The position numbers were made by a program, and so were the translations under genes. A stretch of 64,000 nucleotides of DNA from Gammaproteobacteria bacterium (GTDB taxonomy: Bacteria > Pseudomonadota > Gammaproteobacteria > UBA4575), in contig CBDEUS010000002.1 of the NCBI GenBank assembly GCA_965243395.1, positions 1-64,000 of the forward strand. Reading direction: 5' to 3'. Below the pieces are notes generated by a model. That model was not told where the DNA came from and searched no databases. It saw nothing but the letters and a program-made list of their open reading frames with translations. Shown here piece by piece: positions 10,698 through 23,016 of the stretch (the stretch's first letter is position 1; each line of letters begins with the position of its first letter).

Positions 10698-11080
10698 CCA
10701 CCCAAAAAATATTGAGCAAATTAAGTCGATTTGAGGCATTTGCGATCACGCAAAAAACTAGAGCGATCGCTGTAAATAATTGACTTTACAAAGAAATTCC
10801 TAACTTCTTTGATAAAGCCAATAATACGACTACAGCGTCAAATTTTAGACGGTACAGGTCTCAGAACTAAGGATTTACAGGCAAAAACCCGATTTAAGAT
10901 AAAGTTTTAGCGATGAAAGGTGTTAAGAAAAAGTTTATTGTGAATGACGATAAGCTGTTGATTTTTATAGATAAAAGGGGAATTTTTTTAACATTAATTC
11001 ACACCTCAGTAGCTGTTAAATATTTCTCATATTTTTCAGTGAGTTATGAAAATAAAACCAAAGTTACGGGTGGTTGTAGG

Positions 11081-11635
11081 CTATTTCCATTTGATATTGC
11101 ACCCAACACTTGGCTTCTGTTGAGTATTGATCTGTACACCCGCAATAATTGAAGCAAGTGCATTACGTAAATCCTCTCCGGTAACGGGAATGTTATTACC
11201 GGGACGAGAGTCATCCAGTTGACCTCGATACACGCATTCCAAATTTTTGTCGAAGACATAAAAGTCTGGGGTGCATGCTGCATCAAATAATTTTGCCACT
11301 TCTTGAGTCTCATCATATAAATATGGAAACTCATAACCCAATGACTCTGCGAGTTGTTTCATTTTATCCGGCGAATCTTCAGGATAGTTTTCAATATCAT
11401 TTGAACTAATGGCAATCAAATTTATTCCTTTAGATGGATACTCTCGGCCAAGCTTGACCAACTCATTTTGGATGTGTTTTACAAAAGGACAATGGTTACA
11501 AATAAACATTATTAGCGTTGCAAGATTTCCTTTTAGATCTTCTAAACTTTTTTGTTGACCAGAAACGGTATCTAAAAGACAGAAATCAGGGGCCTTTGTG
11601 CCTAGTGGCATCATGTTTGAAGGAGTTTGTACCAT
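11081..11635 (-). CDS. Thioredoxin-fold AhpC/TSA (redoxin) family protein
   Basis: APDF-x-L, FICNHCPFV (CxxC), ACTPDF, YRGQLDDSRP and SVGCNIKWK motifs. Confidence 0.9.
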   Translation of the reverse strand: MVQTPSNMMPLGTKAPDFCLLDTVSGQQKSLEDLKGNLATLIMFICNHCPFVKHIQNELVKLGREYPSKGINLIAISSNDIENYPEDSPDKMKQLAESLGYEFPYLYDETQEVAKLFDAACTPDFYVFDKNLECVYRGQLDDSRPGNNIPVTGEDLRNALASIIAGVQINTQQKPSVGCNIKWK

Positions 11636-11782
11636 AACGCAATCTATTTAATTTATGAGAATTAGCATTAATTAGTAGAATATTGAGCCTTATATTACCC
11701 ATATAACTAATGAGTTAAATAAATAATTTATCTCTGTAATAAACTACGCCTCAAAAATAAGTCCATTTTAAGGAACATACTA

Positions 11783-12940
11783 ATGCCAGTAACACGTGTA
11801 TTCACTTCAGAGTCAGTATCTGAAGGTCACCCAGATAAAATGTCTGACCAGATATCAGACGCAATTCTTGATGCCATTTTAAATCAAGATTCTAATGCAC
11901 GTGTAGCATGTGAAACCATGGTTAAAACCGGCATGGTCGTACTTGCCGGTGAGATTACGACTACTGCTCAAATTGAATATGAAAATATTGTCCGAGATAC
12001 GGTAAACAGTATTGGTTACGATAATTCCGATGTCGGATTTGATGGTCATAACTGTGCAGTATTGAATGCGTTAGGAAAACAGTCTCCGGATATTGCTCAA
12101 GGAGTAGACAGAAAATCCAAAGAAGAACAGGGTGCTGGAGATCAAGGCATGATGTTTGGTTATGCCAGTAATGAAACAGATGTATTAATGCCTGCACCCA
12201 TCACTTATTCACACCGTTTAGTACAAAAACAGTCTGAAGTCAGAAAAGCTGGAATACTAAGCTGGTTACGCCCAGATGCAAAAAGTCAAATTACATTCGT
12301 GTACGAAGACGGAAAACCAACAAGTATTAATGCAGTAGTGTTGTCTACACAACATGATCCAGACATAAGCCAAAGCGATCTACAAGAAGCCGTGATGGAG
12401 CACATTATTAAACCAACACTTCCAACAAAATGGTTGTCCAATGACACAAAGTACCATATCAATCCAACGGGTAAATTTGAAATTGGCGGCCCTGTAGGTG
12501 ATTGTGGATTAACAGGAAGAAAAATTATTGTTGATACCTATGGCGGAATGGCGCGACATGGAGGCGGCGCGTTTTCAGGCAAAGACCCTTCCAAAGTAGA
12601 TCGTTCTGCTGCGTATGCTGGGCGCTATGTGGCTAAAAATATAGTTGCAGCGGGTTTAGCCGAGCGATGTGAAATACAAATTTCCTATGCTATTGGTGTG
12701 GCTCAGCCTACCTCGGTATCAATTGATACATTTGGAACGGGTAAAATCGCCGATAGTAAAATTGAAGATATAGTACAAGACGTATTTGACTTACGCCCTT
12801 ATGGTATTGTCACCATGCTGGACTTGTTACAACCAATTTATCAAGCTACTGCAGCTTATGGCCATTTTGGTCGTGATGAAGATGGTTTTCCATGGGAAAA
12901 TACTGACAAGGTTTCTGAGTTAAAAGATCGTGTATCTTAA
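11783..12940 (+). CDS. metK: S-adenosylmethionine synthetase
   Basis: [35 protein letters not shown]. Confidence 0.99.
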   Translation: MPVTRVFTSESVSEGHPDKMSDQISDAILDAILNQDSNARVACETMVKTGMVVLAGEITTTAQIEYENIVRDTVNSIGYDNSDVGFDGHNCAVLNALGKQSPDIAQGVDRKSKEEQGAGDQGMMFGYASNETDVLMPAPITYSHRLVQKQSEVRKAGILSWLRPDAKSQITFVYEDGKPTSINAVVLSTQHDPDISQSDLQEAVMEHIIKPTLPTKWLSNDTKYHINPTGKFEIGGPVGDCGLTGRKIIVDTYGGMARHGGGAFSGKDPSKVDRSAAYAGRYVAKNIVAAGLAERCEIQISYAIGVAQPTSVSIDTFGTGKIADSKIEDIVQDVFDLRPYGIVTMLDLLQPIYQATAAYGHFGRDEDGFPWENTDKVSELKDRVS

Positions 12941-12988
12941 TAATTTTTAGTTGCTTATATTTTTAGTGCTTAAGGAGCATTCGCACAT

Positions 12989-14302
12989 ATGACTACGCAA
13001 ACTGCCGAAAAACTTGAACCAGATTTTAAAATAGCTGACATCAATCTAGCTGATTGGGGTCGCAAAGAAATTGCCATCGCAGAAACAGAAATGCCTGGCT
13101 TAATGGCACTGCGAGAAAAATATGGAAAAGAAAAACCACTTGCAGGTGCACGTATTGCGGGCTGCTTGCATATGACTATACAAACTGCTGTTTTGATTGA
13201 AACACTCGTTGACCTTGGTGCTGATATTCGCTGGTCTTCTTGTAATATTTTTTCAACTCAAGATCACGCTGCTGCGGCTATTGCAGCAAATGGTATTCCA
13301 GTTTTTGCCTGGAAAGGTGAAACAGAAGAGGAATATGACTGGTGTATAGAGCAAACCATTTCGGGACCCAATGGCTGGACACCCAATATGATTCTAGATG
13401 ATGGCGGTGACCTGACTAAAGTCATGCATGAAAAATATCCTGAACTATTAAAAGAAGTAAAAGGTCTTTCTGAAGAAACCACAACTGGTGTTCACCGTTT
13501 ACATGAAATGGAAAAATCAGGTGAACTTAAAGTTCCAGCATTCAATGTAAATGATTCAGTAACTAAATCTAAGTTTGATAATTTGTATGGATGTCGAGAA
13601 TCATTAGTAGATGGCATTAAACGTGCCACCGATGTCATGATAGCTGGCAAAACTGCTGTGGTGTGTGGCTATGGAGATGTTGGTAAGGGAAGTGCACAAT
13701 CATTACGTGGTTTAGGCGCTACAGTTGTTATTACTGAAATTGATCCTATCTGTGCTCTACAAGCTGCTATGGAAGGTTACAGCGTAGTAACAATTGAAGA
13801 TGTGGTCGATAAAGCAGATATCTTTGTTACTACAACAGGTAACCTTAATGTAATCACTCATGGACACATGCTTGCTATGAAAGATCAAGCAATCGTTTGC
13901 AATATTGGACACTTTGATAATGAAATTGATATAAGTAGTTTAAAACAATATCAATGGGAAAATATTAAACCCCAAGTAGATCATGTTATTTTTCCAGACG
14001 GCAAACGCATCATAATTTTAGCTGAAGGTCGTCTAGTCAATTTAGGTTGTGCAACAGGACACCCTAGTTTTGTAATGTCTAATTCTTTTAGCAACCAAGT
14101 GCTTGCACAAATGGAACTTTGGACTAATGCAAATAAGTATGAAAATAAAGTTTATGTTTTGCCGAAAGAACTAGATGAGGAAGTTGCTCGTTTACATTTA
14201 GAAAAAATTGGTGTGAAACTTACCAAGCTAAGTAAAGAACAAGCAGATTATATAGGTGTTGAAATCGACGGTCCTTATAAACCTGATTATTACCGTTACT
14301 AA
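12989..14302 (+). CDS. ahcY: S-adenosylhomocysteine hydrolase
   Basis: [48 protein letters not shown]. Confidence 0.99.
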   Translation: MTTQTAEKLEPDFKIADINLADWGRKEIAIAETEMPGLMALREKYGKEKPLAGARIAGCLHMTIQTAVLIETLVDLGADIRWSSCNIFSTQDHAAAAIAANGIPVFAWKGETEEEYDWCIEQTISGPNGWTPNMILDDGGDLTKVMHEKYPELLKEVKGLSEETTTGVHRLHEMEKSGELKVPAFNVNDSVTKSKFDNLYGCRESLVDGIKRATDVMIAGKTAVVCGYGDVGKGSAQSLRGLGATVVITEIDPICALQAAMEGYSVVTIEDVVDKADIFVTTTGNLNVITHGHMLAMKDQAIVCNIGHFDNEIDISSLKQYQWENIKPQVDHVIFPDGKRIIILAEGRLVNLGCATGHPSFVMSNSFSNQVLAQMELWTNANKYENKVYVLPKELDEEVARLHLEKIGVKLTKLSKEQADYIGVEIDGPYKPDYYRY

Positions 14303-14341
14303 TTCGCACGAACATGATTTGTTACTCGCTTTGAACGATCG

Positions 14342-15082
14342 ATGCGAGTCATTCGTCTATTCACATCTAATCACCTCTTATCATCTAGTTCTGAACTTGA
14401 GCTAGATGAAAGAACACGTCATTACGCTTTAAACGTATTAAGACTAAACAAACATTCTAATTTAATAATATTTAACGGTGATGGTTTTGATTATGTTTGC
14501 GAGATTCTCGTTTGCAACAAATCAAACTTGCGAGTTAAAGTATCTGAAAAACGAACTTTAAACAACGAATCGCCTCTGAAGACTCATTTATATCTGGGCA
14601 TCTCAAAAAGCTCACATATGGATTTTGCTATTCAGAAATCTGTTGAAACAGGTGTAACCAGCATCCAGCCTGTAATGATGGAGCGCACAGTAAGCAAATC
14701 TAGCAATAAATCTTTAGCCAACAAACACCAGCATTGGAAACGTATTATTCAAAGCGCTTGTGAACAATGTGGCCGAGCGACAGTTCCTGAACTGCAAAAA
14801 TCAATAGAATTACATGATATTGAACCACTATTAGATAACGAACTTGGTTTGGTATTTGATTCGAATTCGAGCCAGAACATTCAAAGTTTAAAATTATGTG
14901 CGCCTAAAGTTATAAATCTTTTAATCGGACCTGAAGGTGGTTTATCAGAAAGAGAGATACAACAGGCATTGCAAAAGGGATTTCAAGCTGTTCATTGCGG
15001 TCCGAGAGTGTTACGCACGGAAACAGCAGCAGTTGCGGCCGTATTATTAGCCCAACGGGAATGGGGAGACCTCGCACAATAA
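14342..15082 (+). CDS. rsmE: 16S rRNA m3U1498 methyltransferase
   Basis: HxxxVLR, ACEQCGR, IGPEGG and RVLRTETA SPOUT motifs. Confidence 0.95.
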   Translation: MRVIRLFTSNHLLSSSSELELDERTRHYALNVLRLNKHSNLIIFNGDGFDYVCEILVCNKSNLRVKVSEKRTLNNESPLKTHLYLGISKSSHMDFAIQKSVETGVTSIQPVMMERTVSKSSNKSLANKHQHWKRIIQSACEQCGRATVPELQKSIELHDIEPLLDNELGLVFDSNSSQNIQSLKLCAPKVINLLIGPEGGLSEREIQQALQKGFQAVHCGPRVLRTETAAVAAVLLAQREWGDLAQ

Positions 15083-15190
15083 TAGAAACAACTAAGTTAA
15101 TTAGGTCTATACCATTACTCTTCTAGCAGGATAATAGAAAAATATGAGTGACTATGGCCTATACCATAGCCCCTCGCACACTAAACTTTA

Positions 15191-15667
15191 TCAGCTTGTG
15201 CGTGTTAAAAGAATTTCTTCTAATTTTTGAAAATTTGGAATAGCGAGTTCTTTGCTTCCAATTTTTACGTAGTATGAAATAAGCTCAGAGTGTTTACTCA
15301 TCATACCTTCGTGAGTATATAACGCTCGACTATCTAATATTAAGGGCCTTGGAATTGATTGCACTTCGATAGCATATAAAGGGAATGCTTCAGTATTTTC
15401 AATAACATGACATATCACTGCACGTATATGTTTTGATTTAGTAACTCTTGGTTGATTGCATATACGCTCAAATGAAACAACTGGAATTACGAAATCGTCC
15501 CATTCTATATCACCGATTAACCAATCATCTTCATCATCGTAAGTATTTACAGTAGGTTTATACACTACTTCTTTAACAATTGATTTTGGTAATAGCACAT
15601 CATTGCCACTCAAAGGTAACAACATACAACTCAGCGTAGGATAGGTTGTCGTTTCAGCTAATGACAT
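15191..15667 (-). CDS. chpC: CheW-like protein of the Pil-Chp system
   Basis: LLP..V.EVV and WLIGDIEW...IPVVSFE CheW motifs; directly after chpA. Confidence 0.8.
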   Translation of the reverse strand: MSLAETTTYPTLSCMLLPLSGNDVLLPKSIVKEVVYKPTVNTYDDEDDWLIGDIEWDDFVIPVVSFERICNQPRVTKSKHIRAVICHVIENTEAFPLYAIEVQSIPRPLILDSRALYTHEGMMSKHSELISYYVKIGSKELAIPNFQKLEEILLTRTS

Positions 15668-15672
15668 AAGAA

Positions 15673-18600
15673 TTAATTCACCACTTCCCTTACATAATCC
15701 AACAATTCACTTTCGTTATAAGGCTTACCCAAATACTTTTGTACTCCAATATCCATTGCTCGTTGACGATGTTTATCCCCTGTACGTGATGTAATCATAA
15801 TAATCGGCACATTTTTCAATCGATCATTATTTCTTACATGGTTTGCCAGTTCATAGCCATCCATACGTGGCATTTCGATATCCAATAAGATTAATGCCGG
15901 TGTAAAATCTTGTAGTTTTTGAACTGCATCGACACCATCTTTAGCAGTAGCCACTTTATAGTTATTACGTTCAAGAAAACGCGTCGTAACTTTACGGATC
16001 GTTATAGAATCATCGACCACCATTATGGTTGGTTGTGAATCAATTATTGTTTCATCATGACTAGGTTTAATCGTACGAGACTGATCCATTCCGTCCATTC
16101 GAATCAAACCCGGAACATCTAGAATTAATACTACATTGCCATCCCCTAAGATCGTTGCACCGGAAACTACCGGCAAACGACTTAACTGTACGGCTAAAGG
16201 CTTCACTACGATTTCATGGTTACCTAGTGTAGTTTCAACATGAATCGCCATACGAGAATCACCTGAACGCACTAGCAATACAGGAAACATTTTATCTGCG
16301 CCATCCAGTTGCGGTTGGTTTACACCCAATAAGCTACCTAAGTGACATAAACGGTAATTTCTATCTGCATAATGATAACTAGCATTCTCTTCTGCATATT
16401 TCTGTTTTAACTCATGAGCAGACAAACGCACTACACCTTCAACACTTACTAAAGGTATGGCATAAATTTCATTGGCACATTTGATTAATAAAGATTGTGT
16501 AATTGCTAAGGTAAATGGTATATGGATTGTGAAAATAGCCCCTTCACCCAATACTGAGTCAATTTGCAAAGAACCGCCAAGTTGTTTCAGTTCACTGGCT
16601 ACTACATCCATCCCCACACCACGTCCAGATACCTGCGAAACCTCTCCTGCTGTACTAAATCCTGGTGTTAAAATTAAATTCAGCGCTTCACGTTCAGATA
16701 TTTCTTCATCATCTAAAAAACCTAATTCTTTAGCTTTGTTTTTAATTTTTTCTACATTTAGCCCAGCGCCATCATCAGAAACTACAATTACAATTTCTGC
16801 GCCTTCGCGTTTGACTTCAATTTTAATTTCACCCTGCTTCGCTTTTTTAACATCTACTCTTTGTTCAGCTTCTTCAATTCCATGTGAGATTGCATTTCTA
16901 ACCAAATGCTCTAATGGTGCAATTATGCGATTAAGTATTGAGCTGTCTACTTCAGTATTTTGGCCAACTACTTTTAAATCAGCTTCTTTACTCAACTCAC
17001 GCGATGTTTGTCTAACAATTCGTTGTAAACGAGGAACCAGCTGATTAAATGGCACCATACGTGTACGCATTAGGCCTTCTTGTAAATCTCCACTAATTCG
17101 ACGCTGCTGTGAAAGCAATATTTCAGATTCACGCACTTGATCTGAAAGAATGTCTTTTATACTCAATAGGTCATTCACACTTTCTGCAAGCGATCTTGAA
17201 AGTTGCTGAATATTCGAATAGCGATCTAATTCAAGAGGGTCAAAGTCATCTTCTTCAGGCACTTCATGTGCATGTCTTGATAAAATTTGTGTTTCAGTTT
17301 CAATTTCTAAACTACGTAATTGCTCACGTAATCGATTTACAATTTGCTCAAGCTCATAAATGTTAACATTGTACGTATTGCTTACTTGCTCTAAACGCGC
17401 TTGAAAAATATTCACCTCGCCTGCATTGTTCACGAGATTATCTAATACACTAGATTGCAAACGTACTGATTGTTGAGAAACTATGGCCGGTGAAGAGCTG
17501 GTTTGTTCATTTGGGTCTACCGGGTTTCGTAAAACTGGAATCTTGACTACTTTATTTTCATCATCTTGAATTTTAGTCTTTTCTTTAGTTTTGCCTTGCA
17601 GCTTATCATTGGTTTCAGGTAGCTCAGATTTCCCTTCTGTTGGAAATGATTCACCCGTCCTTAAGGAATCTAATTCTGCAATTAAACCAGTGGCAGAAAA
17701 TACTGGTTGTTTATTAGCTGCAAGATCAATCATCTCATTTAAATGATCAAGACATCGCTGTACTAAATTAAATACTTCATCACTTGCATTAATACGTGAT
17801 TCTGCAATGTCGATGACTAAACTCTCAAAAATATGACTGAAGTCGCCAATATTGCTATAGGCAGCCATGCGTGCACTGCCTTTTAAAGTATGCAGCTGAC
17901 GACGGAATTCGGATACAGAGCTTTCATCTTTATGATTACTTCTCCACTTATCCAAACATTCATTACAGGTGACTAAAATATCGCTAGCTTCTTCTAAAAA
18001 GATTTCTACTAAATCAGCGTCTTTACCTTCATAAACATCTGCACTTTGAGACAACTCTGCAGCAGAAAGATTGGTGTCTGAGAGCGAAGCGATTTGAGTC
18101 TTTTCTAATTCATCCTCTGATTCATGTTTTGATTCTTCTTTTATGTCATCTTGTGCAATAACTTCGTCTAATTCTGCAATTTCATTACAATTTAAGTTTT
18201 TTACTTTTTCTAATAATTCACTGTTGACTGCAGATGTTTTCAATTCGCCGGGATTTTCTGTTATGCATTTTTTGACGTGCTCAATACAATCAACAAATAC
18301 TTCAAACTGTTCATTTTTTAATTTTTGTTTATTTTGATTTAGTTCTTGACAATATTTATCAAGCGGCCCTATTAATTTAGCAACTGCCTCAACTTTTGCT
18401 GTGCGTGAACAACCAAACAACGTATGCAATGCGTGCAATATTTTTTCATCAACTGGTAATATCTTGTGGGCTTTTTTAGGTTCAATTATTTCTTCTATGG
18501 CCTGGATATGCAGAATGGACTCTTCTAAAAACAAAGCATATAACTCATCTTCAAGATCATCTTGTACAACTGCTTGTTGTGAGCCTGATTCAGCTTCTTG

Positions 18601-21600
18601 TGATTCGCCAGCCTGCACATCTTCTTGTGCGTTTTCCTGTTCAATAGCTTCTATATCATCAACATCTATATTCAGCACTTCGATGTTTGTTTGAATAGCT
18701 GGATCTTCGCTATTTGACTGTTGTTTTTGAGTATCTAGAAAACTTTGTGCCTCAATAAATAAGTTTTTTACATCTGCAACAGGTTCTTGAGATGTTTTCA
18801 ATTGTAGAATTAACTCATTTAACAAACTAACGGAATTTTCTAGCAATTGGTGTAATTCGATATTCACTAAAAGTGACTTATCAATTACTTTGTTTAAGAT
18901 ATTTTCAATCTGCCAAGCATATTCACCAACGATCTCAGCACCAATTAATCGACCCCCACCTTTTAAAGTATGAAACGATCGTCTAACAATAGTTAAAGCA
19001 TCCTCATTATCTTCATCTGATTGCCAGATACTCCTGTTGAGATTTATTTTTTCAATCTCTTCTTCAGCTTCTTCTATAAAAATGTCAATAACATCTTTAT
19101 CTGCATCACCTCTATTTGCATGCAAAACATGCTCAACACCGTCATTTGTAATTGAAATTGAATAAGAAGACATATTGTCTTCTTCAAAATGAACATTATT
19201 TTCCTGATTTTCAATTTCGGACAATACTTCAGGTAATTGTAATTCTGAGTCATCAGAATTTTCGTCTATCGCTAAAACTTCCTCATCTTTTGCTTCATCA
19301 AGATTATTTAGATCATATGCTTTAGCATTAGTGCTTAGTTCTTCCTCTATTTCATTTAGATCAAGCATATTGGTAGCATCTAGATCAACTTCTACGACTC
19401 CAATAGCCTCTTCTTCATTACCCGTATCTACATCAATATCTTTTGCAAAATTTTCATTCACTATGCTGTTTAATTCTGTCGCAGCATCTTCAATGCTAGT
19501 AGACTCCAATTCGAGTAATTCAGGAGACAATTCGTCTTCAGGTTCAGATACGTCAGAAATTTCTCCATCACTGGCCGCATCAAGCGAAACGTCATCACTA
19601 TTTGATGATTCAATAGTTAAGTCTTGAGGAGTTGAGTCTTTTAAGTCATCGTTATCAGATTCCGCTGGATCAGCATCTAATAAGTCATAATCCAAGGATA
19701 AGTCTAAAGATGTCGCGCTCAGCTCTTCGAGGTTTAGTTCTTCGTCTAACTGAGTTTTATGATTTGACTGAGTGGAATCTACTTGCTGCGAATCGATACC
19801 AGATTCATTTATATCGTCATTAGTATTGTCAAATTCCGACTCTTTTGCGCTTATTTCAAATTTTTTTTTTAATTCTAAGTCTGCTGAGTTTGACGAAGCA
19901 AGTGAGCCGTCGTGTGCAAACTCTTCTACTTCTACGGTTTGTAATGGCTCGGAGTGACCAGATAAATCAACATCGCCGCCAACTAACTTAGAAGCATTTT
20001 TAATGCCATACTCAAGAATATCTTTTGGATCACCTTCATCAACAATAAGGGCTTCCAAATAACATTCAACACTAGTTATGGAATCTGCAAAGGCATCCAG
20101 CATTTCTGCATTAGAACTTAACTCTTGTGCCGCATCGCCACCAAGCAAGTAAGCCTGAATACACTCTAACATTTTTGCTGCATCATCTAAATTGAGAATT
20201 GACACTGCTCCCATTACTTTTCGAAAATGATCCTGCACATTTGCATATTTTTCTTGATCTTCAGGTTCAGTAAGTACTTGCGCAAAAATATTTTTTGCCT
20301 CTTCTATTTCGCTTAGCGCCTCTGTAAGTGTTTGCACTTGAATTGTTCTAAGTTGATTAGAATCGTCTTCCGAAGATTCAAGACCTCCTTCAGATGAATC
20401 TACTAGCTGAACCGCAGGTTTATTTAATATTCGATAATTAACAAAATTATCAACAATATTTTCAGCTTTAATTAGTGTTTCCGCTATAGATATAAAGTTA
20501 CTATCGGCATGCTCAAGCTCTTCAGCAGATAAGCCATTCAATGCAGTTACTTCACGTAATACATCTTCTCTGGGCTCATCTAGCCCAAGCATACTTAAAG
20601 TATCAGCGATCTTTTGCAACTCTTTGCCAACTTTTTGTACACTTTCCGAAGATCGATTTTTGCTATGCACATACAATTCGATAGAATCTTTTACCGTCTC
20701 GATATCTTCATGTAGCGCTTTCGAGACAGCACCTAACACATCTGCATTTGGACCTGACAAACCTTCCCTCATTTTGTCTATGTCCATTTCGCTAGGAATT
20801 AAATCATCAAGACCATAGGCCCTCTTAACTTTTGAAACTATTCGCCCACGCTCATTTGCAATGCCAACATAATAAAGTAAGTTTTTAATAAGACCAGAAG
20901 GAATTTGCGCAGCAAATGCAGTTTCATCTAGATCGATAAATTGCTTGATCTGCCGATCGACTTGACCTAACAATGAGGCTAAGCCTGTACTAGTAGGCAA
21001 CGCTTCAATAGCTAGTGCTTGTGATATCGCACTGGATATCCACCACAATCTTCTTGCTGCAATTTCATATGAACACTGATGCAAGCGTATTGACACCTTG
21101 CACATTTTCGTTGCAGCAACATCGATCTCTTTGTTCTGAATTAGACTAACTAAGCCTGTTTGGAAAGCATAACGAATCTTTTTTGCATAATCTTGTGCAG
21201 ACATATCAATTTGAACATTGACACTGGGGACATCAATATCATCAAAGTCTGGAAAGAATAAAATATTTTCAGAAAGTAAAGGTGCTTCTCGCACACCTCG
21301 CAAATCATTCAGCAATGGCAACAAAACAACAGGCAAATCTTTATTACCCGCTTGTACGTACTCAAGATAGTCGGACATTTGCAGAATGCCTCTTGAAAGA
21401 CATTCATGTGCTTTATCTTTTTGTGTTATTGCTTCATTTATTAAACTATCAACTACCTCGAACATTTCACGTGCTAAAACAGCAGCACCATTAATTTGCA
21501 CTAACTGTAATGTTCTTTCAACTTGTGCAAGTGAATTCGAAACTTCGGCTAATAATTCTAAATTAGAGCCCTCTTCAATAAATTCCTCTAACTTAGTGCG

Positions 21601-21687
21601 CGCTTCTTCAATGATAACGTCGACTTCATGCTTAACTTTTTTAACCGCTACTTTTTCAAGTGCGCTGTTTCGCATTTTCATGTTCAT
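15673..21687 (-). CDS. chpA: Pil-Chp hybrid histidine kinase (multiple Hpt domains, HATPase, CheW, receiver)
   Basis: Hpt motifs FHTLKGG, LHTLFG and LHTLKGS; HLVRNAISHGIE, DDGAG, SGRGVGMDVV; C-terminal receiver VVDDS..LLDIEMPRMDG; 2004 aa. Confidence 0.95.
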   Translation of the reverse strand: MNMKMRNSALEKVAVKKVKHEVDVIIEEARTKLEEFIEEGSNLELLAEVSNSLAQVERTLQLVQINGAAVLAREMFEVVDSLINEAITQKDKAHECLSRGILQMSDYLEYVQAGNKDLPVVLLPLLNDLRGVREAPLLSENILFFPDFDDIDVPSVNVQIDMSAQDYAKKIRYAFQTGLVSLIQNKEIDVAATKMCKVSIRLHQCSYEIAARRLWWISSAISQALAIEALPTSTGLASLLGQVDRQIKQFIDLDETAFAAQIPSGLIKNLLYYVGIANERGRIVSKVKRAYGLDDLIPSEMDIDKMREGLSGPNADVLGAVSKALHEDIETVKDSIELYVHSKNRSSESVQKVGKELQKIADTLSMLGLDEPREDVLREVTALNGLSAEELEHADSNFISIAETLIKAENIVDNFVNYRILNKPAVQLVDSSEGGLESSEDDSNQLRTIQVQTLTEALSEIEEAKNIFAQVLTEPEDQEKYANVQDHFRKVMGAVSILNLDDAAKMLECIQAYLLGGDAAQELSSNAEMLDAFADSITSVECYLEALIVDEGDPKDILEYGIKNASKLVGGDVDLSGHSEPLQTVEVEEFAHDGSLASSNSADLELKKKFEISAKESEFDNTNDDINESGIDSQQVDSTQSNHKTQLDEELNLEELSATSLDLSLDYDLLDADPAESDNDDLKDSTPQDLTIESSNSDDVSLDAASDGEISDVSEPEDELSPELLELESTSIEDAATELNSIVNENFAKDIDVDTGNEEEAIGVVEVDLDATNMLDLNEIEEELSTNAKAYDLNNLDEAKDEEVLAIDENSDDSELQLPEVLSEIENQENNVHFEEDNMSSYSISITNDGVEHVLHANRGDADKDVIDIFIEEAEEEIEKINLNRSIWQSDEDNEDALTIVRRSFHTLKGGGRLIGAEIVGEYAWQIENILNKVIDKSLLVNIELHQLLENSVSLLNELILQLKTSQEPVADVKNLFIEAQSFLDTQKQQSNSEDPAIQTNIEVLNIDVDDIEAIEQENAQEDVQAGESQEAESGSQQAVVQDDLEDELYALFLEESILHIQAIEEIIEPKKAHKILPVDEKILHALHTLFGCSRTAKVEAVAKLIGPLDKYCQELNQNKQKLKNEQFEVFVDCIEHVKKCITENPGELKTSAVNSELLEKVKNLNCNEIAELDEVIAQDDIKEESKHESEDELEKTQIASLSDTNLSAAELSQSADVYEGKDADLVEIFLEEASDILVTCNECLDKWRSNHKDESSVSEFRRQLHTLKGSARMAAYSNIGDFSHIFESLVIDIAESRINASDEVFNLVQRCLDHLNEMIDLAANKQPVFSATGLIAELDSLRTGESFPTEGKSELPETNDKLQGKTKEKTKIQDDENKVVKIPVLRNPVDPNEQTSSSPAIVSQQSVRLQSSVLDNLVNNAGEVNIFQARLEQVSNTYNVNIYELEQIVNRLREQLRSLEIETETQILSRHAHEVPEEDDFDPLELDRYSNIQQLSRSLAESVNDLLSIKDILSDQVRESEILLSQQRRISGDLQEGLMRTRMVPFNQLVPRLQRIVRQTSRELSKEADLKVVGQNTEVDSSILNRIIAPLEHLVRNAISHGIEEAEQRVDVKKAKQGEIKIEVKREGAEIVIVVSDDGAGLNVEKIKNKAKELGFLDDEEISEREALNLILTPGFSTAGEVSQVSGRGVGMDVVASELKQLGGSLQIDSVLGEGAIFTIHIPFTLAITQSLLIKCANEIYAIPLVSVEGVVRLSAHELKQKYAEENASYHYADRNYRLCHLGSLLGVNQPQLDGADKMFPVLLVRSGDSRMAIHVETTLGNHEIVVKPLAVQLSRLPVVSGATILGDGNVVLILDVPGLIRMDGMDQSRTIKPSHDETIIDSQPTIMVVDDSITIRKVTTRFLERNNYKVATAKDGVDAVQKLQDFTPALILLDIEMPRMDGYELANHVRNNDRLKNVPIIMITSRTGDKHRQRAMDIGVQKYLGKPYNESELLDYVREVVN

Positions 21688-21705
21688 ATTAGTAACAGTT
21701 TTTAA

Positions 21706-23016
21706 CTAAGATGCTTTTCTATTGTCGATCACAGTATCTTCAATCGTCTGCGGTAACTTAAAACCAGCAACTGAACGCTTTAACTCTTGAGCGAGATTCT
21801 TAAGCTTACCCACCCAACTGGCAGTATTACTTGCACCATCAGAGGTTTGCATAGTGATCTCTTGAATAACATTCATAGTTTTAGTTACGTTTGATGCTGC
21901 TATGGTTTGCTTATCCGCTGCATCAGTAATATTTTGAATCAACGCTGCTAAGTTATCAGAGACTGATTCAATCTCCACAAGTGCTTCACCTGCGTTTTCG
22001 GCCAGTCTCGCTCCACTTACAACGTTTGATGTACTTTGTTCCATCGAAATAACTGCTTCATTGGTATCGCTCTGAATTGTTTTTACCAATGCTTCGATTT
22101 GTTTAGTTGCTGTACCTGCACGTTCAGCTAATCGTTGTACTTCATCGGCAACTACAGCAAAACCTCTACCTGCTTCACCAGCAGTAGATGCTTGAATTGC
22201 CGCGTTTAATGCAAGAATGTTTGTTTGATCTGCAATCTCGTCAATTAACCCTACGATGTCTCCAATTTCTTGAGAGCTTTCACCTAATCTTTTAATTCGT
22301 TTTGAAGTTTCCTGAATTTGTTCACGAATGGTATCCATACCATCAATCGTACGACTTACAGCCTGAGCACCTTTATGTGCAATGTTTACAGATTGTTGAG
22401 CAACTTCTGCAGAACTTTTAGCGTGACCAGAAACTTGTTCGATTGATTTTGCCATTTCTGATACAGCAGAAGTTACATTAGCAATTTCTCGCGCTTGTTT
22501 TTCACTCGAAGTAGTTAGTTTCTGTGTGGAATCATGTGTTACATCTGCCGCAGAAGCCACTTGTTTAGATGTATTGTTAATGGTGTTAACAAGATTCCGT
22601 AATGCGTCAATGGAATAGTTTACCGAGTCAGCAATTGCACCAGTAATATCTTCGGTTACCGTTGTATGTACAGTTAGATCGCCTTCTGCAAGATTAGTCA
22701 TTTCATCAAGCAACAATAAAATCGCCTGCTGGTTACGTCGATTTTGTTCATCAACTGCAGCAAGCTGTTGCTTTACTTTGCTGCCCCATTTATTTGCAAA
22801 CACTAATAACAAGATTAAAAACACCATGCCAGCAATAAAAACTATTGCCGAAAAGAAACTGTTATTTAAATCAATACCTGTGAATTTACTTAAATCAAAT
22901 GCCAATATTGCCATTGCACCCATAACCAAAAATGCAAATAACGCTAATATAGTCAACGCAGATTTGCTTGATTGACTTCCCTTGTCTGCACGAGCAATTG
23001 AATTCTTTAATGCCAT
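21706..23016 (-). CDS. pilJ: PilJ-type methyl-accepting chemotaxis protein lacking a periplasmic sensor domain
   Basis: Two TM helices, then [19 protein letters not shown] (PilJ-like HAMP) and the MCP tip [28 protein letters not shown]; operon position. Confidence 0.9.
   Translation of the reverse strand: MALKNSIARADKGSQSSKSALTILALFAFLVMGAMAILAFDLSKFTGIDLNNSFFSAIVFIAGMVFLILLLVFANKWGSKVKQQLAAVDEQNRRNQQAILLLLDEMTNLAEGDLTVHTTVTEDITGAIADSVNYSIDALRNLVNTINNTSKQVASAADVTHDSTQKLTTSSEKQAREIANVTSAVSEMAKSIEQVSGHAKSSAEVAQQSVNIAHKGAQAVSRTIDGMDTIREQIQETSKRIKRLGESSQEIGDIVGLIDEIADQTNILALNAAIQASTAGEAGRGFAVVADEVQRLAERAGTATKQIEALVKTIQSDTNEAVISMEQSTSNVVSGARLAENAGEALVEIESVSDNLAALIQNITDAADKQTIAASNVTKTMNVIQEITMQTSDGASNTASWVGKLKNLAQELKRSVAGFKLPQTIEDTVIDNRKAS

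Noticed and set aside
10913-11334. ORFs 10913-11152 (+) and 11044-11334 (-)
   Set aside because: They overlap the redoxin gene or AT-rich spacer and have no recognisable motifs.
11636-12988. SAM/SAH riboswitch before metK or ahcY (metX leader also checked)
   Set aside because: The leaders are short or AT-rich, with no consensus I could match.
15083-15190. Short direct repeat (ctataccat x2) and ctatgg-N6-ccatag hairpin
   Set aside because: Too short to distinguish from chance or from a weak terminator between convergent genes.
16472-21709. Several plus-strand ORFs within chpA, up to 190 aa
   Set aside because: They are Ser-rich antisense frames typical of an acidic coding strand.
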